Positions 1 to 13,953 are shown, counted from the stretch's first letter. The stretch is 64,000 nucleotides of DNA from Eledone cirrhosa (GCA_964016885.1 OZ024742.1:205840001-205904000), one strand, 5' to 3'. Made by a program: numbers and translations. Notes: a model not told the origin generated them from the letters alone.

Positions 1-2
1 AT

Positions 3-941
3 GCAAGATTTCGTCACATTCATGTGGACATCGTCGGCCCGTGGCCGGTTAGTCGTGGTTTTTCGTATCTTTTGACGATTGTTGACCGTTTTTCGCGTTG
101 GCCTGAAGCCGTCCCTATAACAGATATCACCGCCGAAACCACAGCCCGTACCCTCGTATCTTCGTGGATCGCTCGTTTCGGTGTACCAACCACCATAACA
201 ACGGATCGTGGTCGTCAATTCGAGTCTAACCTCTTCCGAGAGCTAACTCAAATCCTGGGGGCTATTCGAATAAGAATCACGGCTTACCACCCAGCCTCAA
301 ACGGAATGGTGGAAAGATTCCACAGGCAGCTCAAAGCCTCCTTAAGGGCTTCCATGGACTCTTCACGTTGGAGCGAGTACCTACCCATTGTATTGTTGGG
401 TATTCGGTCGACGGTAAAGGTGGACCTTGGGTTCTCCTCTGCCGAATTAGTTTATGGTACGCCTCTGACGTTACCGGGGCAAATGCTGGCCCCTTTTGAC
501 CTGACTTCGCAGGACCCCGCTTCCTACGTGTCCCGGCTTCACTCTTATTTCAAGGATCTACCACCGATGGGCACTAGGAAGCAGACTGTAAAAACTGCCG
601 TCCCAAGGGATATTGCCTTGTGGACCCATGTGTTCGTTAGAGACGACGCCGTGAGACCCCCTCTTCAACGGCCGTACTCTGGACCCTATCGTGTGCTTGC
701 TCGCACAGACAAACATTTCACACTGGACATTCGGGGTTCCAGGGAAACGGTTTCCGTTGATCGTCTCAAACGAGCAAACCTGGACAATGACACAATGACA
801 CTTGAAACTCAAATGCCCCCCTCTTTTTCTTTGGCACACAGGCCTATTTCTTCCCCTCCCCCACCATCAACACACAGAACTACGACCCGTTCTGGGCGAA
901 GGGTGCATTGGCCCCGTAAGCTATGCAGTAATATAAACTGA
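3..941 (+). CDS. Ty3/Gypsy pol C-terminus: DDE integrase core plus GPY/F domain (open at the window's left edge)
   Basis: Frame reads [13 protein letters not shown]...[13 protein letters not shown]...TTDRGRQF...[17 protein letters not shown]...PYSGPY...TRSGRRV. These are the integrase D, D and E motifs plus GPY/F, with no stop over about 310 codons. Confidence 0.95.
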   Translation, partial: ARFRHIHVDIVGPWPVSRGFSYLLTIVDRFSRWPEAVPITDITAETTARTLVSSWIARFGVPTTITTDRGRQFESNLFRELTQILGAIRIRITAYHPASNGMVERFHRQLKASLRASMDSSRWSEYLPIVLLGIRSTVKVDLGFSSAELVYGTPLTLPGQMLAPFDLTSQDPASYVSRLHSYFKDLPPMGTRKQTVKTAVPRDIALWTHVFVRDDAVRPPLQRPYSGPYRVLARTDKHFTLDIRGSRETVSVDRLKRANLDNDTMTLETQMPPSFSLAHRPISSPPPPSTHRTTTRSGRRVHWPRKLCSNIN

Positions 942-1349
942 ATTATATATATATATTTTTTTTTTGTTTTGTTTTGTTATTTTTTTCCTTCCAATTGTTT
1001 TTGTTGTACATTGCATTTTGTTACTTATGGATTCTTGACTGCCTACGGCAGTGTCAATATATTATATTTTGCGTAACATTACGACTGTTGTCAATTCTGA
1101 CACAGTCCTTTTTTTTTGGTGCATTTTTATAACTATGCTACATATGGCATTTTCATTGCCTAGCAAAACATTTTTTTTCTTGTTTATCGCATCTGGGGCC
1201 CCTTTATTGCGAAGAGTGTTATCTTTTCATGCATTTTGCATCTTTTACTGTACGTTTTTTTTTTTTGTTGATACATTCTTCTACATTTTGTAAACTACCT
1301 TCGCTTCATTGTTAACGATTTTGCGACAAAAAATCTGCTCCGAGGTGAA

Positions 1350-1590
1350 TGTAGTGGCTGAGATGGTCGCTTGGTAGCTAGCAGTTGCCTCCCCTTAACA
1401 ACCTTTCAGGGAAGGGAGGCAAAAATACACCCGGACACAGCCACAGGTTCACACACTCTTTTTGGACCACGGACATGAACAGACGTGGAAAGACCCGCTC
1501 CTCAAAATATTGACGTTGTAGGAAATTTACTAAATTATTGCATTAAATAAAATGATTGTTAGACTTGATTGTGCATTTATTTATTCGACA
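1350..1590 (+). mobile_element. Probable 3' LTR of the first Gypsy element
   Basis: Starts TGTAG just after purine-rich GAGGTGAA, ends TCGACA (TGT...ACA termini), and has AATAAA near 1546. The partner LTR lies outside the window, so this is unverified. Confidence 0.5.
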
Positions 1591-1610
1591 AAGAGAAACA
1601 TCACTTTTCT

Positions 1611-2321
1611 TTAAGCCTCTCTCTCCTCTGGATTCATGTTAATTCTTCTATCATGATTTACGTTTCTCCTATTCTGTAGATAAGTCTCTCTCTCCTCTGG
1701 ATTCATGTTATTTCTTCGCTCTTGAACTCTGTTTCTATTATTCTGTAGATAAGCCTCTCTCTCCTCTGGATTCATGTTAATTCTTCTATCATGATTTACG
1801 TTTCTCCTATTCTGTAGATAAGTTTCTCTCTCTTCTGGATTCATGTTATTTCTTCGCTCTTGAACTCTGTTTCTATTATTCTGTAGATAAGCCTCTCTCT
1901 CCTCTGGATTCATGTTAATTCTTCTATCATGATTTACGTTTCTTCTATTCTGTAGATAAGTCTCTCTCTCCTCTGGATTCATGTTATTTCTTCTATCATG
2001 ATCTACGTTTCTTCTATTCTGTAGATAAGCTTATCTCTCCTCTGAATTCATGTTATTTCTTCTATCATGATCTGCGCTTCTATTCTGTAGATGAGCTTCT
2101 CTCTCCTTTGGATTCATGTTATTTCTTCTATCATGATCTCCGCTTCTTCTATTCTGTAGATAAGCTTCTCTCTCCTATTGGCTCATATCATTCCTCCTTT
2201 CTTGCATTTGTTCTCGATTACGGTCACGCATTGCTTGCTTCTCTTCTGCTCGTAACCGTTGTCGTCGTCTTCTTTGTCGCTCTCTCGCTGCCTCTCTTTG
2301 TTAACTTATTCTATCTTCCAT
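1611..2321 (-). pseudogene. STPR-like 23-aa charged helical repeat ORF, probably the N-terminus of a Helitron Rep/Hel protein, with in-frame stops
   Basis: One minus-strand frame reads MEDRIS*QREAARERQRRRRQRLRAEEKQ... into 69-bp units (MNPEERETYLQNRRNVNHDRRIN / MNPEEREAYLQNNRNRVQERRNN). A Helitron-like 5' end A|TCTATATATTAATACGC lies upstream at 2688 (-). Confidence 0.6.
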
Positions 2322-2723
2322 TTTTAAGAATGGTTGTAATTATGAATAACACCTAGCTGGAAGTGGTTAGAGATGATGTTTGTCATAAATAAAAACTTGT
2401 AACAAAAAAAACAAAACAAAACGAACAAACTAACTGAGGGTAAAGCATTACCTATTTGGCGGAGGTAAAAATAGAGTGTATTATCAATTTTCAACTTACC
2501 TCACGACAGTAATATCAAATATATAATTTCTTCTGTTGGGAGTTAAAGGAAATATTTGGCGCAAGGCATTACATCAAATTATTGTATGTATGATACGGAT
2601 TTTTTTCAACAGCATATAAATTACTATGTAATTACTGAAAGCGTGACACACACGGTCGGACGTAGGTATAAGCGTATTAATATATAGATAATGTCTTAGA
2701 TTGTATTATAAATTACTGTATAA

Positions 2724-3126
2724 GGGCGGTGGATTGGCAGTATCGGTAGAGGGTCGGACGCCATGTTTTGCAGCGAAGAGTTACGGCCCTTTATGGTCTG
2801 AGTTCAAATCCCACCGAGGTTAACTTTGCCTTTCATCCTTACGGGGTCGATAAAATAAAGTACCAGTAATACACTGGAATAATTGCTGGCCTTATGCCAA
2901 AAATAGAAACAATTATAAATTCCTGTATTATAATTATAAGGTGGATTGTCAGTATCAATAGAAGGTCGGACGCCATGCCTTGCAGCATAGAGTTACGTCC
3001 CTTTACGGTCTGAGTTCAAATCACGCCGAGGATAACTTTGCCTTTCATCCTTACGGGGTCGATAAAATGAAGTACCAGTAATGCACTGGGACAATTGCTG
3101 GCCTTGTACCAAAAGTAGAAACAATT
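2724..3126 (+). mobile_element. Two tandem copies of tRNA-derived SINE family A
   Basis: A-box-like TGGCAGTATCGG, B-box GTTCAAATC, core CTTTGCCTTTCATCCTTACGGGGTCGATAAAAT and tail GGCCTT(G/A)T..CAAAA..AGAAACAATT, all repeated across the window. Confidence 0.9.
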
Positions 3127-4184
3127 TTAAATTACTGGTGCATTAACAAGTGTATTATTTCAATGATATAGCAGAATATATCTATCTATAAACTTTTTTT
3201 AGTCAACTTTCAGCGTACACTGTATCGTTGAAAAAGCGGGATCAATTAGGCAGATTTTAATCTTGTGTTAATTATTTCACCAGTAACTGAGTACCTTCTT
3301 TAACTATTCACATATGCACTGCTTATAATCCCATTGACTCGCATGCATGCATGGTGGAACATTCTGATATAAAGAGCAATCCAGTGCAAACAAGAAACCT
3401 AATTCATGTACTGCTGTAGAGATTTACTACTCAGCAGGTTCAAGAAAAAGAGAACATTTATGTGGAAACCAATGAGGAACTTACAACTATTGTATCCTGG
3501 CAATATATTCTCATTTGTATCTATTATCGTTGGTGCACTGGGATATGTAATTAGAAATTTGCATCAAAGCTTGGGAATACTGGGGTTTTCAACGAAATAA
3601 CAAAAACTGACTTGCATCCTCCAAATCTAATTGACGATCAGTGAAGATTTATAAGGCATTCTAAAAATTCTATATTTGAGTTTCTCGGAATGGAACACTT
3701 ATACAACCAGGCAGCGAATTGGCAGAGTCGTTAGAACGTTGGATAGAATGATTTGCAGTATTCGTTCCGGCTCTCTGAGTTCAAATCCTTTCGACGTCAA
3801 CTTTGACTTTCATCCCTTCGAGATCGATAAAAAACGTACCGTGGTCGATTCTTTCTCTATCCTTTTCTGGAAGAAATCTACTGTGTTCAGATCTGGAGAG
3901 GGATGGGCTCCGCCAGGCTTAAAAATGCCCAATATACGCCGTATATCACTACGGCGCCCCTTCGACTCTATCATGATTTACTGGATAAAAAGAAAGAATA
4001 CAACCATGCGCGCACATGGCACAGATACATACATAAAGAGTAATCCCTCACGTGCGCGCGCACACAACTCGTATACTAAAGAGTCAAGTCCATTCATAAC
4101 ATGAGTGCATATGCACACAGTAACTCACATATTTACAAACATCTGGAGCTATCTTGACTATATGTATAAAAAGGGTAAAGACCC

Positions 4185-4390
4185 TCTTCGGTCATGAATG
4201 ACAATGGAATTTACAATTAGAAAGTTCCTCTCCGAAGCACATGCCCGGGAAGGTGTTTTTTTTGTGCGGAAGACGATGTTGTCCAAGCGAAAGCCAAAGG
4301 CCGATGCAACTAGGCACCATTTCTACAGTTGTGTAAACTGGAGCAACGGGAAGTAAAGTGTCTTGCTCAAGGACACAACACATCACCCAG
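4185..4390 (-). mobile_element. SINE fragment with family-B-like core
   Basis: Contains CTGGAGCAAC..GAA.TAAAGTGTCTTGCTCAAGGACACAACA, also present at 43.3, 46.7 and 55.8 kb. Confidence 0.65.
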
Positions 4391-4649
4391 TTCAGGCTAT
4401 CTCGCTCACATACGTTCCCGCATGCTACAGAGTGTACTTGGTGCATTTTAACGTGGCATATACACAGGTAGTTTGAAATGTCTTTGTCACAATTGAATAG
4501 TCCTCTCATAGCCTTTGTCATGCTTTCTACCACTCACCACCTTACGAGGTATACAAGGTGCACGTTTTGTGGCACCAGCTTAGTTTCTACGACTGGAAGA
4601 CTTTCCTCCTAATGCTAACCATTTCACAAAGTGTACTGGGGCGTTATAT

Positions 4650-6375
4650 ATCTTATACTAATAAAGCTGACGGCTGTATGTATGTAACAAACTTTTCGCT
4701 AAACGGCTGAACCAAATGGCACCAAATTTGCACCATAGATGTAACTTTTTCCAAGTAAGAAAGTGAGGGTATTGTTGTCTACTAAATTTTGTTAAAAGAT
4801 TAAAGATATTTAAATATTCACTTCTTTAAAATTTTCAAATGTCAACACTTTCGGTTATACGACATTCCTCTCTCTTTCTTAGTCTGTCTTTTTAGATAGA
4901 TACATAGCTATAACGTCGCACCCTTGTAATATGTCTCTGTATGTCTGGTGTCTGCATTATGAACATTCTGTACATTGACTTCGTTATCTGTGTGTGTGTG
5001 TCTGTGTGTGTGTGTGTGTATGTATATATAGTGTGTGTATATACATATAGTGTATGTATATATATATATATATAATGTTAGAATCAAATAAAAAACAGTT
5101 TAATTTGTACATTTTATTACAGCATTTCTTTATACGTATATATACATACATAAACATGTTATTTACAGTTGTATAAAAAAAGAAGTATAATTGTTTCTAC
5201 TTTTGGTACAAGGCCAGCAATTATCCCAGTACATTACTGGTACTTTATTATCTATATATCTAAAACAGAGAATGTCTGTTTGTCCCCCTAAAACCCGAGA
5301 ACCACCCAACCGATTTTTTTCAAACTTTAGACATGTAATACTTATGGTCGTGTGTGTCTTTTGAGCAAAAGATATTTCAAATTTTCAATGTCCCAGGGAC
5401 CGCATTAGGCGCCGGTTAGCGATCTCTCTCTCTTTCTTAGTCTGTTCTTTTTAGATAGATACATAGCTTTAACGTCGCGCCCTTATAATATCTGTCTGTA
5501 TGTCTGGCTGTCTGCATTACGACATTATGAAAACATTGACTTCGTATCTGTGTGTGTGTATATGTATATATAGTGTGTGTGTATATATATATAGTGTGTA
5601 ACGTTTTTCGAAATATTTCTTCTGCGTTCACAGATTTATATTTTTAGTTTCAGAAGATCCCGTTAAGGGTGAAGCAGCGATTCGTGGGTTGAACATTTTA
5701 CTCTCAGGCACCCAATTAAGTTAAACTCCTGGTAATCTACGACGATTTTTTTTTATAAGCACAAAATGTAGACACCATCCCCAGGCCGAGGTATTCCGTA
5801 CTTCTCTGTATTGTTTCAGAAAGGAGGGATAAGCATGCCAATCTATGTTTAGAATTCCGAGCAACGCCGGGCCATTCTGTTAGCATATAATATATATAAT
5901 ACGATATTCCTCTCTCTTTCTTACTCTGTCTTTTTAGATAGATACATAGCTATAACGTCACACGCTTATAATATCTGTCTGTACGTTTGCCAGTCTGCAT
6001 TGACTTCGCTTCTAACCAACTTTTATTTAATTATATATATATAATTATATATTCGTGTACATATTTTCAACAGTAATACTATACTATATATTTTCAACAG
6101 TAATACTATACTATACTATATATTTTCAACAGTAATACTATACTATATATTTTCAAGAGTAATACTGTACTATATATTTTCAACAGTAATACTATACTAT
6201 ACTATATATTTTCAACAGTAATACTGTACTACACTATATATTTTCAACAGTAATAATGTACTGTACTATATATTTTCAACAGTAATACTGTACTATACTA
6301 TATATTTTCAACAGTAATACTATACTACACAGACGGCTTATCGTCTGTTTATCCAAGCGACGCTAGGTAGGTCAG

Positions 6376-6378
<3 letters not shown>
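4650..6378 (+). mobile_element. Composite of non-autonomous Helitron-like sequences, with a nested copy at 5251-5883
   Basis: 5' ends A|TCTTATACTAATAAAG (4650) and A|TCTATATATCTAAAAC (5251). 3' hairpin-type ends CGAGCAACGCCGGG...TTAG (5883) and AAGCGACGCTAGG...GCTA (6378). A ~130-bp module recurs near 4860, 5420 and 5900. Confidence 0.6.
6060..6328. repeat. AT-rich minisatellite, about 9 units of 27-32 bp (TATATTTTCAACAGTAATACTATAC[TATAC])
   Basis: Tandem units are directly visible, with a variable number of TATAC pentamers. Confidence 0.9.
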
Positions 6379-6447
<69 letters not shown>

Positions 6448-8014
6448 ATGCCATAGAACACGTCAATGGTAACCTGGTGCCAGCCGAACGGGCCAGATAG
6501 TATAACAATAAAGTAGAAGTCAGTAGGTTAGAATTTATCTCATTTATTTGTTACACAATCGCTGTTGTATGTTTGTGTGTGTGTACTCGTATGAATGCAT
6601 GTGTGTGATAATATATTGATGTGTAAATAACAAGATGGCTACAGCTGGAATACCTATGATGTTATTAAGTCTGCTCGATCAGGGTTGACTTTAGTTTAAA
6701 CAACAACCTAGCACATGCATACACTTAAAATGGTAAAGACTAATTCAGTTTACTTTTACATATAATAATAAAAGAGATCCAACAAGAAAAACAAAAACCT
6801 AACTTCGAAACTAACTACTGCTATCTCTATGGAAACTAGTGAACACAAAGCAAGCCGTTCTACGTTTTAATGACTTTTGACTGACGGGTCAGTGGATTAA
6901 TCAGATCAAATAAAACTAAATGTTAACTTAACAAATAAATGTATCGGCGTAACTTTTCTGAATTGTGAATGAATGATACAACAATGGAAATTAATTCTAC
7001 TCTCAAAACCAGCTATCCTTCCCCCTCTTGTAGAAACAATTATTTTATTTATGTTATTTAAAAAAAAATACAAGTTGTTGCTAATACTTGTGAGACCCTT
7101 CAGAAGAAACAGGAAACAAAAGAAAAGAACCTTTCAATAGTTTCATTCAAAAATAAAAAAAAATAATCACACGAACTCTGTCATTCTTTCCTGTCATTTT
7201 TCTTTCATCTGTCTTTTTACTTTCTTTCGGTTTTGTTTGTTTATTTATTTATCATTAATATATTGGATTCAGAAAGTAATTCTAATTTATAACCGAGATA
7301 CTAGAAAGAAAGAACATTTACACAGACTTTAGTTAAGTTACTTTTAACATATTTAATGTGAGGGGACCATAAAAGAGCTAACTAGAAATAATTAGGCGGC
7401 GAGGGAAAAAAAAAAACGAAAAAAACATTACCTAAACAATATTTTAATTCCTTCGCAAACACAGGAGGCAATTACTAACCACACCAGATTAGTTTTTTAT
7501 AGTACGCATTCTGTTAACACTAACTTAACTATTATTTTTTCTTGCTGGTGGTGTTTACGATACTCAAACAGATAAATTGGTAGAAGCGTTAGAGATGAAA
7601 TGATTTGCGGTATTTCTTTCGGCTTCCTGCGTTCTTAGTTCAAATCTCACCGAGATCAGATTTGCCTTCCATCCTTCAGGATTTCTTAATCAAAGTATCA
7701 ACTTAGAGTAGTGGACTGGTAGAATAGTTAGAGCGTCTGATCTTGCGGTGTTTTTTTTCTTCCCTCCTTAGTTCAAATCTTGCCATGACTTAATTCAGTG
7801 TCCATTTTAACAACTACCATATGGTGGCCCTTGAGTAGAGTCTACTGTGTTACAAACATTCAGTCCAGGTCTCTAGTTGCTATAAAATAGCTTATAAAAA
7901 TCGGGTAAAGACTCTTAGAAACGGAAAAATGTTACCAACGGCCGCTACGAAGAATCGAACTTCATATCTCTCAGATATCGTCTGAGTGCTCTCACGATTG
8001 AGCTGAGGGACCTC

Positions 8015-10734
8015 TGACAACATCTTACCGCCTAAAGGAGGGCTGGAGATCCTGCAAGTAGACACAGAACGCCTAAACATTGTGTCGGTAGATAAACCTC
8101 CACCAACCCCCTTCATGTGGCCACTGTATCACCAGCTTGGTAACAAGGCATGCCTTGTTGTTGGAGACTTTAATAGCCACAATACCACCTGGGGTTACAA
8201 CCACACTAATAATGATGGGGAAGCAGTGGAGGAATGGGCCATTACCCGCGACCTCACAATCATGCACGATGCAAAAGACAATGCATCCTTCCAAAGCGCA
8301 CGCTGGAGGAGAGGATATAACCACGACCTAGCTTTCGTATCATCTAGACACTACCAGAATTTTGACAAATTAATTGGAGACCCAATACCTAAGTCCCAAC
8401 ACCGACCGATGGTTATCGAAATAAAACCTGTTATCAGACCACGAGAGACGGTGCCTAAAGCCAGGTTTAACTTCCGTAAGGCTAAATGGGAGAACTTCAC
8501 ATTAGACCTAGAAGCTGGGATCCCCAACATCCGTCCAAACCCACTGCAGTATGATGACTTCCAAACACTGGTGTGGGAGGCCGCAAAGAAAAATATCCCA
8601 AGAGGCTGCAGGAAGTCTTACATCCCAGGACTCAATGAGCAAAACAAAGAAATGTACCAGGAGTACGTCCAGGCGTATAATGACGACCCATTTGCCATAA
8701 ACACCATAGAGCTCGGAGAGATCCTGACAGCCTCGATCAACAATGAAAAGAAAGAGCGCTGGCAAGAAGTTATAACCAACATTGATATGACTCATAACAG
8801 CAAAAACGCCTGGGCAACCATAAAAAAATTAAGCTCTGAAAAGAAACCACAACCAAGAATAGCTGCCATTACCCCAAACGAAGTGACACACCAATTGCTA
8901 CTCAACGGTAAGCCAAGAATAGAGAAAGAGGATACCTAAGAGAATGAAACACGACATGAACCGTGCCATGCACAACTCTGACGAAAACTTTGAACCATTT
9001 AACATGGAATAGCTGCATGCAGCTATGAAACACCTTAAACCCGGGAAGGCTGCCGGCCTGGATGGCATCACAGTGGAGGTGATACTGCACTTTGGAGAAA
9101 TGGCGAAAACGTGGCTCCTGTCGTTCTTTAACAACTGTACATCAGCCTGTCAAATACCAAGGATATGGAGAAGAGCTAGAGTGGTGACTCTCTTGAAGCC
9201 AGGCAAAGACCTGGCATCTCCAAAGAGCTACCGACCAATATCCTTACTGTGCACCCTTTACAAACTATATGAGCACATGATCATGGTTCACTTGTCCCCT
9301 ACGGTAGAAGAACAACTATCTCCAGACCAGGCTGGCTTCTGACCTAGCCGATCATGCTGCGGTCAAGTACTGAACCTGACTCAATACATCGAGGATTGAT
9401 TTGTGGCCAAACAAATTACCGGAGCAGTTTTTGTCGACCTCACAGCTGCTTATGACACCGTGAACTACAGAGTACTTCTTTTAAAGGTGGCCCCAACAGT
9501 TCGGAACACCACTGCAGTCCGCATAATTGAGTCACTGCTCATCAATCGGTGATTCTTTGTTGAGATGGATGGCAGGCGAAGTAAGTGGAGGGTCCAGAAC
9601 AATGGACTCCCACAGGGCTCTGTGCTAGCCCCTATGTTGTTCAACATTTACACAAATGACCAGCCGAAGTTCCACATCCACAATATTCGTAGATTCATAT
9701 ATGCGGATGATCTCTGCATCGCAACACAGTCAGGCTCCTTTGACACAATCGAGGAAAGACTATCAAATGCCCTGACAACTCTCTCTGCATACTACAAAAA
9801 ATGGTACCTTAACGCTAATGCCAGCAAAACGCAGGTGTGTGCCTTCCATCTTAACAACCACCAAGCAAACAGGAAACTAAAAATCAGATGGAGCAACAAT
9901 GAACTGGAAAACCACCCCCATCCAGTTTACCACGGAGTTTCCCTTGCTAGAACGCTCTCCTTCAAACAACACATAGACAAACTTAAAAGTAAACTGGCAA
10001 CTAGAAATAATCTCCTCAGCAAACTAACCAACACCAGCTGGGGTGCAGATCCCATAACACTGAGGCAAACAACACTGGCACTCTACTACTCCACCGCAGA
10101 ATAATGTTCACCAGTATGGGCAAGGTCGTGCCATGCAAACAGAGTTGACCCAGAGTTGAACAAATCATGCTGGATGATCACCGAAACATTAAAAGCAACT
10201 CCCCTTCCAGCCGTATACACTCTTGCCGGCATTCCACCGCCCCACATACGACGAGAAGTCAACGCAAAAACTGAACGGTACAAACAACAACACGATCCCA
10301 GGCATCCACTCTATGGCCACCAGGAAATAAGAAGACGATTAAAATCTCGAAAAAGCTTCTTTACCGTGGAAAGCCTGGAGCATGCACAATCGGCGGCTTA
10401 CAGGTTGGAAAAGTGGAGGGAGAGTGACCGCCGCCCACCCACGCGGCCTTACCAAGCCCAAATGAAAGCCTCCCCAAACGGAACATCTCTTAGCAGAAAG
10501 GACTGGGTAACCCTAAACAAGGCCAGAGCCAAAACGGGCAAAACTGGAGACAACCTCTACAACTGGGGATTGACCACCTGCGCTGAGTGCCCCTGCGGCG
10601 AGACCTCCCAGACCATAGACCACATCTTTCGTGGGTGCTCACTGGGACCCACATGCTCCGACCAAGACCTGATGGAAGAAAATGACGCTGCACTTCAATG
10701 GATATGGCACTGGCGCGACAAGATATGATGATGA
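8015..10734 (+). mobile_element. 5'-truncated, degenerate Vingi/Ingi-like non-LTR retrotransposon (APE, RT, C-terminal Zn motif, no RNase H)
   Basis: APE motifs GDFNSHNTTWG and SQHRP. RT motifs KSYRPISLL, DLTAAYD, PQGSVLAP and YADD. WGA..TLR and C-terminal CPCG..QTIDHI..C. Ends in a (TGA)n tail and carries several stops and frameshifts. Confidence 0.85.
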
Positions 10735-13700
10735 CCGTCTAAATTAAGCAGCTGAATCAGACAGCTTTTGAAAATGTAAACAAACATCGTGTGAAGCTCG
10801 AATTTTCGAACTTACGAAGCAGCGAGGAAATATATTTATAAGATGTAGGATGCTCAAGTGCAGTTATTTTCAGCCCTTGAGCATCCTACATTGCACTGTG
10901 TAATGTGGCTGGCATTTGGATTCTAGCTGTAGGAACCATGCCAAAATCTGGAATGTATGAGCAAGATGTGATAACTTGTCATGTTATGGACTGTGACGAC
11001 CCATCCGACCCATGCTAACATGAAAAAACGAACGTATAAATATGATGATGATGATTATGTATGTGTATGTGTGATTTTTTTTCTGAATTTTTTAACGTTT
11101 TAATTTTATTGATTACACTTTATAGAGCATATAAATAAATTTACAGTAGAATAACATAACAAATATGTTTTAAATATATACATAAATAACATTACAAATT
11201 GCTCGCGATTCTTTCAGAAAGATATATTCTTTTAATGTTACAATATTTAAAAAAATGTAAAGGGAGGGGTGAACAACCGAGCCAACACCAGAGCAAAAGA
11301 CAGCAGCGTCGCGAGGAGTACTCGGCAACCTCTCTAATGATTTTTGATAAATAATTATTTGAAAAATTCAAATTTTATTTTATTGGATACAAATGCTAGG
11401 CAATTATATCAAAGCCTATCCAGCAAACTTGTTTTTTTTTTCTTTCATAGTTTAGTTAGAAGAATAGCAGTGCTCAGAGCATCTTGCAGGACCTCTGAGA
11501 CTGGTAGGTGAAAGAGAGGAAGTTATTTTCAGACTGAAGATCTGGCTCAAATGCTTCCTGAAGGCATCCATGGATTAAGTGAGGATGTTAAACTGGGAAA
11601 CATTAAGTCTACTACTCAGTTAACCAATTAACTTTTAAAAAAGAGTGAATATATGAGTATGTGAATTTGAAATGGCTAAAAGATAACCCAACTCTTTGTT
11701 TCAATAGTTGATTTCAACTTAAATCCCAAATATAAATCTTGTATAGTGAAAAACATTCCAGTAAAGGAAATTTTCAGTATGATGCTGAGGTAACTCAATT
11801 TTGAAATATGAAATAAGTAGACATAATATAATACTGTGTTCAAAATCTGTGAATTCATGACATTTATACAATAGAAATTAGATTGAAATTTCCCAAAGGT
11901 CATGGAAGCACAAAGTTGAATGTCAGTACATAACATGATTGGAAATTGGCCATTTTCTTCTAAAGTTAGTGGACCATATCACATTTTAGTTTGAAATTGA
12001 ACAATTTTCATTTGCAAATCCAGTTTTGAAAGATTTCTAACAAGCTGCTTTGGTATGGCGAGTTGGCACTAGAATTGCTGTCTTACATATTAGGTCATTG
12101 ATTCATTTGAGAAATTCAATTACTACCCAGGTGCTGTAAATCTTTCTTTTAAGATGAATAGACTCTGCCATGTATTTAAATACTCTGTTTAAAGTCTGTC
12201 TATATCTCTTCAAATTTTGTAGAGCTAAACGAAGTGCCGTATTATCTATTTGTTAGATATGAAAGACTTGTGTCATTAACATAAAAAGAACAGTATTTAT
12301 GTCACATTATATACACTGAAGCCTGAGAAATGAGAAAATTCAATCCCTCCTGCTAATAGGATTCAAACAGCTTTCTTTGCACTAAAATCAAAGGAGTTTT
12401 GCAGTTAATCCTTAGTAGTAAAAGCAGTTACAACAATAAAAAGTGTCAGAAATGATTTTATTCCATGAGAGAAAATCGCCGATCTTTTACTTAAAAGATG
12501 GGAATTCAATAGTCCAATGGAGAAGTAACATTTTAAGCTCCCGACGACATTAAACACAGGAAATCACGTGAATATAATCAGAGGACTTCAAGAGGAAATA
12601 ATTTGGAGGAAAAACATCAAATGAAATGTTGCTTATTCCAACCAAAGTAATTTGACGTCAAAGAGTTAAATCTAAAACAATAGACTCAAGAAAAGTCGAA
12701 TTATAGAGACAGCATTATGCAAAGGATAATCTTGTACTGCATAGGTTCATCCTTCCTTCCACCTCAAGAAAACTGAATTCTATTGTGTTCGCTAAACTGT
12801 GTAACTACATGCACAATTTTGTTTATATGCATGAGGTTAGCTGTAACTTTTGTAATACAAAATGACATGAAATGCTTTTGTCCAAACTAAATACCAATAA
12901 GCTAAACAATGATCCTATATATTTTCATTTGAATTTTCCTGCACATATCTAAATGAAAACCGAAACATAACTTGAGCTTAGTGGCTCTGGGATTATTAAA
13001 AACTGATATAAAATACAGAGAAAAATGCTTGAGAAACATGGAGCTACATGCATTGGTAAAGGCGTCTATAATCAATATTATGGTTGTGTTATTAAGAATA
13101 TTAAAAGTGCTTATCTACATCAGGCAGAATACAAATATAATTGTTCAGCTCAGAATATTTTAGCACTCTATCACCATCATTATCATCATTTTATGTTCAC
13201 TTTCTATACTGACATTGGTTGGATGGGTTTTTATGGTTCAAGTGTGTTCCTATTTGGAGTTCCTGCCCTCCTAGACAGATCAGAGGATCACATTTTGCTT
13301 GTATGCTTGCATGGTTTCTATAGCTGGATGCCCTTCCTTACACTAAACACATAACTGAGTGTACTGAGTGTACTTTATCATGAGGCCAGCACTCGAGAAG
13401 TTGTCATATCTCTCTATATATAAAATTCTTTGTCTGTCTGTCTGTTCCTATCCATTCTCAAACGGCTGGACCAAATCAAATCAAATTTTGCAAGGTAATA
13501 GTATTAGAATCCGAGAGTGTCAACATGTAATTTTTATTTTCATTTCGATTAAAACAATATAATATTTTAACTAAAATAACCTTTAGTAAACTACTAGCAG
13601 AATGGCTCGGGATTCTAAACATGAAACAGTACAGGAAGACGATACTTTGGTTCGTGAAGACGTTCCCTGGCAATGAACAGAAAATAGCGAAGATAATATG

Positions 13701-13824
13701 TCAGCAATGAGAACAATATTTGGTCTAGGGTTCTTATATATTTATCCTTATCGAGCCTCGTAAAATAAATACGTTTGTTTATATTTTGTTATTATGTATG
13801 CAAAAATATCTGTACACGAATATA

Positions 13825-13953
<129 letters not shown>

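Noticed and set aside
6060-6328. Regularly spaced ~30-bp repeats resembling a CRISPR array
   Set aside because: Units are contiguous with no unique spacers, there are no cas genes, and the context is eukaryotic. It is a minisatellite.
7941-8012. tRNA-like sequence on the - strand (also SINE heads at 43.2, 46.7 and 55.8 kb, and the 24.14 kb tRNA-Trp half)
   Set aside because: Stems are imperfect or only half a tRNA is present. These are SINE heads or a PBS, not functional tRNA genes.
11430-12800. Non-repetitive stretch with splice-like signals (TTTCATAG at 11450, GTAGGT at 11504). Similar signals at 35280-35400, 38910-39050 and 47150-47500
   Set aside because: No recognisable peptide or consistent frame. 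Short host or lncRNA exons cannot be excluded without RNA-seq.
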